Source: Pseudomonadota bacterium (GTDB lineage: Bacteria; Pseudomonadota; Alphaproteobacteria; RF32; CAG-239). From it: DNA of 31,342 bases. This document shows, in pieces, positions 28,880 to 31,342 of this stretch (position 1 is the first letter of the stretch; every line of letters starts with the position of its first letter). The position numbers were made by a program, and so were the translations under genes. The stretch lies in NCBI GenBank assembly GCA_918234285.1, contig CAKJXZ020000011.1, forward strand, positions 1-31,342. Direction: 5' to 3'. Below the pieces are notes generated by a model that saw only the letters and a list, made by a program, of their open reading frames with translations, was not told the DNA's origin and searched no databases.

Positions 28880-30003
28880 TGTCCGGATTTATGGCAACGT
28901 TATCTTCAATGTGGGCTCTGGTGGTTAAAGAATTCCAGATGATTTGGACCGATCCGAAAAATCGCGCCATGATTCTGTTGCCGCCGCTGCTGATGCTGAC
29001 GGTGTTTGCCTTTGCCGCCACCTTTGAGGTCAACAGCATCAAAATGGTGATTTATGACAAAGACCGCACCCCGGTGTCGGAAGCTTTGATTGATAAAATT
29101 GCCCACACTCCGTACGTTAAGGACCTGTATTTTGTGGATAATGCGCACGATTTAACCGAAAAAATCGATACGGAACAGGCCTTTGTGGCGCTGACAATTC
29201 CGAGCGACTTTGCTAAGAAAACATATTTGGGTGAATCTCCGACCGTTCAGCTCATTTTAGACGGCCGCAAATCCAACACGGCGCAGGTCGTCAGCGGCTA
29301 TCTTACTCAGATTTTTGCCGCGTTCCGCTACGAAACCGACGGTATCATTGTGTCTGAGCCGCCGATTACGCTCCGCGTACGCAACTGGTTTAACCCTAAT
29401 CTTAACTATCAATGGTATATCGTGATTTCGTTCATGGGAGTTTTAATCACGGTAATGATGTTGGCGATTACGGCGCTCTCGGTGGCGCAGGAAAAAGAAC
29501 TCGGTACCTTTGACCAAGTTCTGGTATCGCCGCTCAAACCGTTGCAAATTCTTATCGGCAAAACCATTCCGGCCATTACGGTGGCATATTTGGACTTTAC
29601 GCTGATGCTGATTGCCGGTAGTTTTATTTTCCACATTCCGGCCGAAAGCGGATATTTGCCGATTTATGCCTGCATTTTCGTATTTCTGCTTTCGATTGCC
29701 GGTATCGGCCTGTTCATTTCCACCATTTGTAACACACAGCAACAGGCGATTTTCGGAGTGTTTGCCTTTTTGGCGCCGACCTTTTTGCTTTCGGGCTTTA
29801 TCACCCCGATAGAAAATATGCCGGTATTTTTACAAAAATTCAGCGTTTTCAATCCGTTGACTTACTTTTTCCGCCTGTCGCGCGGCCTGTTTTTGAAAAA
29901 CATCGAACCGGCGATGATATGGGCCGACGTGTGGCCGCTGCTGATTATCGGCGTTTGCACCATGACCTTCGCCGCCTGGTTCTTCAATAAGCGGATAAAT
30001 TAG
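28879..30003 (+). CDS. ybhR: ABC-2 permease, YbhR-like
   Basis: LDGRKSNTA, NWFNPNL, SVAQEKELGTFDQVLVSPL and LLSGFITPIENMP. Confidence 0.88.
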   Translation: MSGFMATLSSMWALVVKEFQMIWTDPKNRAMILLPPLLMLTVFAFAATFEVNSIKMVIYDKDRTPVSEALIDKIAHTPYVKDLYFVDNAHDLTEKIDTEQAFVALTIPSDFAKKTYLGESPTVQLILDGRKSNTAQVVSGYLTQIFAAFRYETDGIIVSEPPITLRVRNWFNPNLNYQWYIVISFMGVLITVMMLAITALSVAQEKELGTFDQVLVSPLKPLQILIGKTIPAITVAYLDFTLMLIAGSFIFHIPAESGYLPIYACIFVFLLSIAGIGLFISTICNTQQQAIFGVFAFLAPTFLLSGFITPIENMPVFLQKFSVFNPLTYFFRLSRGLFLKNIEPAMIWADVWPLLIIGVCTMTFAAWFFNKRIN

Positions 30004-30077
30004 AAACAGAAGATATATTGAACAGAGAAAACCAATAAATACATCGAACTATTTTTGCAATAAATATAAAAAAGTTC

Positions 30078-30106
30078 TTGCAATTATATTTTTTTTGCCG
30101 TATAAG
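30078..30106 (+). promoter_or_regulatory. Putative promoter of tRNA-Gln
   Basis: TTGCAA-N17-TATAAG with an upstream A/T tract. Confidence 0.55.
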
Positions 30107-30184
30107 CGTTTTGTTGATGGTACTTACCGCCGTTAACACGTTATGCGTAATGCATCGAGCAGTTGGGCATAAACTTAAAAACAT

Positions 30185-30259
30185 TGGGGCGTCGCCAAGT
30201 GGTAAGGCATCGGCTTTTGGTGCCGACATTCGTTGGTTCGAATCCAGCCGCCCCAGCCA
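30185..30259 (+). tRNA. tRNA-Gln(TTG)
   Basis: Acceptor TGGGGCG/CGCCCCA (U1:A72), G73, CCA; anticodon arm TCGGC-TTTTGGT-GCCGA; T-arm GTTGG-TTCGAAT-CCAGC. Confidence 0.97.
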
Positions 30260-30270
30260 AGAAATTTGAT

Positions 30271-30298
30271 AAACCTCTGATTTTTCAGAGGTTTTTTT
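30271..30298 (+). terminator. Intrinsic terminator after tRNA-Gln
   Basis: AAACCTCTGA-TTTT-TCAGAGGTTT perfect hairpin plus T tract. Confidence 0.8.
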
Positions 30299-30345
30299 CG
30301 TTTAAAAGACCCGAAAATGGCGGTAAAATGGTATTTACGCACATC

Positions 30346-30367
30346 TGTGACACATGGGTGTGACACA
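30346..30367 (+). repeat. Direct repeat TGTGACACA x2 (candidate integrase arm-type sites)
   Basis: TGTGACACA at 30346-30354 and 30359-30367, abutting the ATG. Confidence 0.75.
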
Positions 30368-31342
30368 ATGACATTAAAATATAACCATTTAGAACGCAGA
30401 AATCATACCTTTTACTTTAGGTATCGTGTGCCCTCATGGGTGAGACACATTATTGGAAAAACGGATTTTAGGTATTCGTTAAACACTAATGATTATAATA
30501 TCGCCGTACACTTGGTAAAACGGGAATCTTTTAAGTATGATTCCCTTATAAACGACATAAGGTGGCTGGTGATGGAAATTAGGAACGGAAAACTGCATCT
30601 TTCGCAAGACGATATTGAAAATATCATTGCTCAACGAATCAAGGAAATCCAAGATAAACTGGACGAATCGTATTATAAAATTAAAAATGGTGAAATATCC
30701 CCTACTCATCTTGAGATGACCATGCTGGAAGAAAAAGACTACATGACTTCCGGTTTTATGGGCAGTTATGAGGAATTTAAGGATGAAGCAGTTATCAGCT
30801 TTGTAAAGAAATATGTTCAGGCAATGAAAAATAACAAACGTATTCCGCCATCGGTATTTGATTTCTTAAAGCGCACAGTTAAGAAAAATGCCATTGAACC
30901 GGATGAAGCCGCCCGTCCTGATTGGTTGGATAAACTGGAAAACGGTATGCAAATGGCGGATGATTATGCCCATAACAGAGCCGAAGCCATTGTTACCGAC
31001 AATCGCAACTTCTACATTCCGGCTGTGATTGAGCGCTGTTTGAGCTATATTGAAGAAGAACGTGCCGCTAATACGGTTCGTGCCCCACAGGTCAAAACCA
31101 ACTGGCAAACCCTATTTAAGAAGTTTAAGGAATACAAACAGCAGATTAAAGGCACCGGTGACCTTACGCTACAGAAGGATTATACTTGCCTTGAAGCCAT
31201 TTTTGATTTGATTGACAAGAAGTATGTGGAAAATCTGACTGCCAAGGATTGTGATTTTATCTCGCAGAAGATTTATTACATTCCGAAGAACTGGAAAAAG
31301 ACCGACCTTTATAAAAAAAAGAAACTCAAAAATTGCCTGACG
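30368..31342 (+). CDS. Site-specific integrase with a DUF6538-like N-terminal domain (partial; runs off the window)
   Basis: Not in the ORF track. Manual translation is open for 325 codons: MTLKYNHLERRNHTFYFRYRVPSWVRHIIGKTDFRYSLNTND (the Y.FR.RVP...G....SL.T.D pattern), then a helical core-binding-like region ending YIPKNW. An in-frame upstream ATG exists at 30317. The catalytic domain is not visible. Confidence 0.78.
   Translation, partial: MTLKYNHLERRNHTFYFRYRVPSWVRHIIGKTDFRYSLNTNDYNIAVHLVKRESFKYDSLINDIRWLVMEIRNGKLHLSQDDIENIIAQRIKEIQDKLDESYYKIKNGEISPTHLEMTMLEEKDYMTSGFMGSYEEFKDEAVISFVKKYVQAMKNNKRIPPSVFDFLKRTVKKNAIEPDEAARPDWLDKLENGMQMADDYAHNRAEAIVTDNRNFYIPAVIERCLSYIEEERAANTVRAPQVKTNWQTLFKKFKEYKQQIKGTGDLTLQKDYTCLEAIFDLIDKKYVENLTAKDCDFISQKIYYIPKNWKKTDLYKKKKLKNCLT

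Larger units (their letters stand above)
30260..31342 (+). mobile_element. Left end of a probable integrative element inserted at tRNA-Gln
   Basis: Integrase-like ORF about 110 nt downstream of the tRNA 3' end, preceded by tandem repeats. The right att site is outside the window. Confidence 0.65.

Noticed and set aside
25281-30003. YbhGFSR-type exporter as the secretion route for the LRR or small proteins
   Set aside because: It is a standard widespread ABC-2 efflux operon, not a peptidase or T1SS-type ABC, and nothing in the sequence links it to those proteins.
30110-30180. Fluoride riboswitch-like start (GATGG...) in the tRNA-Gln leader
   Set aside because: It lacks the pseudoknot partner and the CTAATGA/CTGATGA core, and the downstream gene is a tRNA.
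30078-30366. Short ORFs overlapping tRNA-Gln
   Set aside because: They are explained by the tRNA, its promoter and its terminator.

Overview
This is a gene-dense chromosomal window from a small-genome, probably anaerobic gut-type alphaproteobacterium. The lineage is inferred from alphaproteobacterial gene orders (acpP-fabF-mltG, mtaB-ftsY, nrdR-nusB) alongside an [FeFe]-hydrogenase and an O2-independent U32 tRNA hydroxylase; an RF32-like lineage is a guess. Housekeeping genes are miaA (partial), trhP-type U32, a DUF3108-like protein, ddl, trxB, mltG, fabF, acpP, mtaB, ftsY, murF, nrdR, nusB, def, ligA and a YbhGFSR-type ABC exporter. There are three tRNAs (Ala-CGC, Arg-CCT, Gln-TTG), each with accessory DNA on its 3' side: a 4-TM/ASCH fusion plus an orphan secreted protein; two tandem 21-aa LRR-like paralogues with conserved caps, hypervariable strand positions and a shared charged tail; and the start of a DUF6538-type integrase element with tandem TGTGACACA sites. 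Also present are an AlgI/AlgJ-type O-acetylation pair, three orphan small membrane proteins and a CGTC-type REP palindrome. The best candidates for something new are the variable LRR pair, the membrane-anchored ASCH protein, and non-canonical substrate-site motifs in both Ddl and MurF. No CRISPR array or rRNA was seen. All family calls come from motif recognition by eye; no searches were run.
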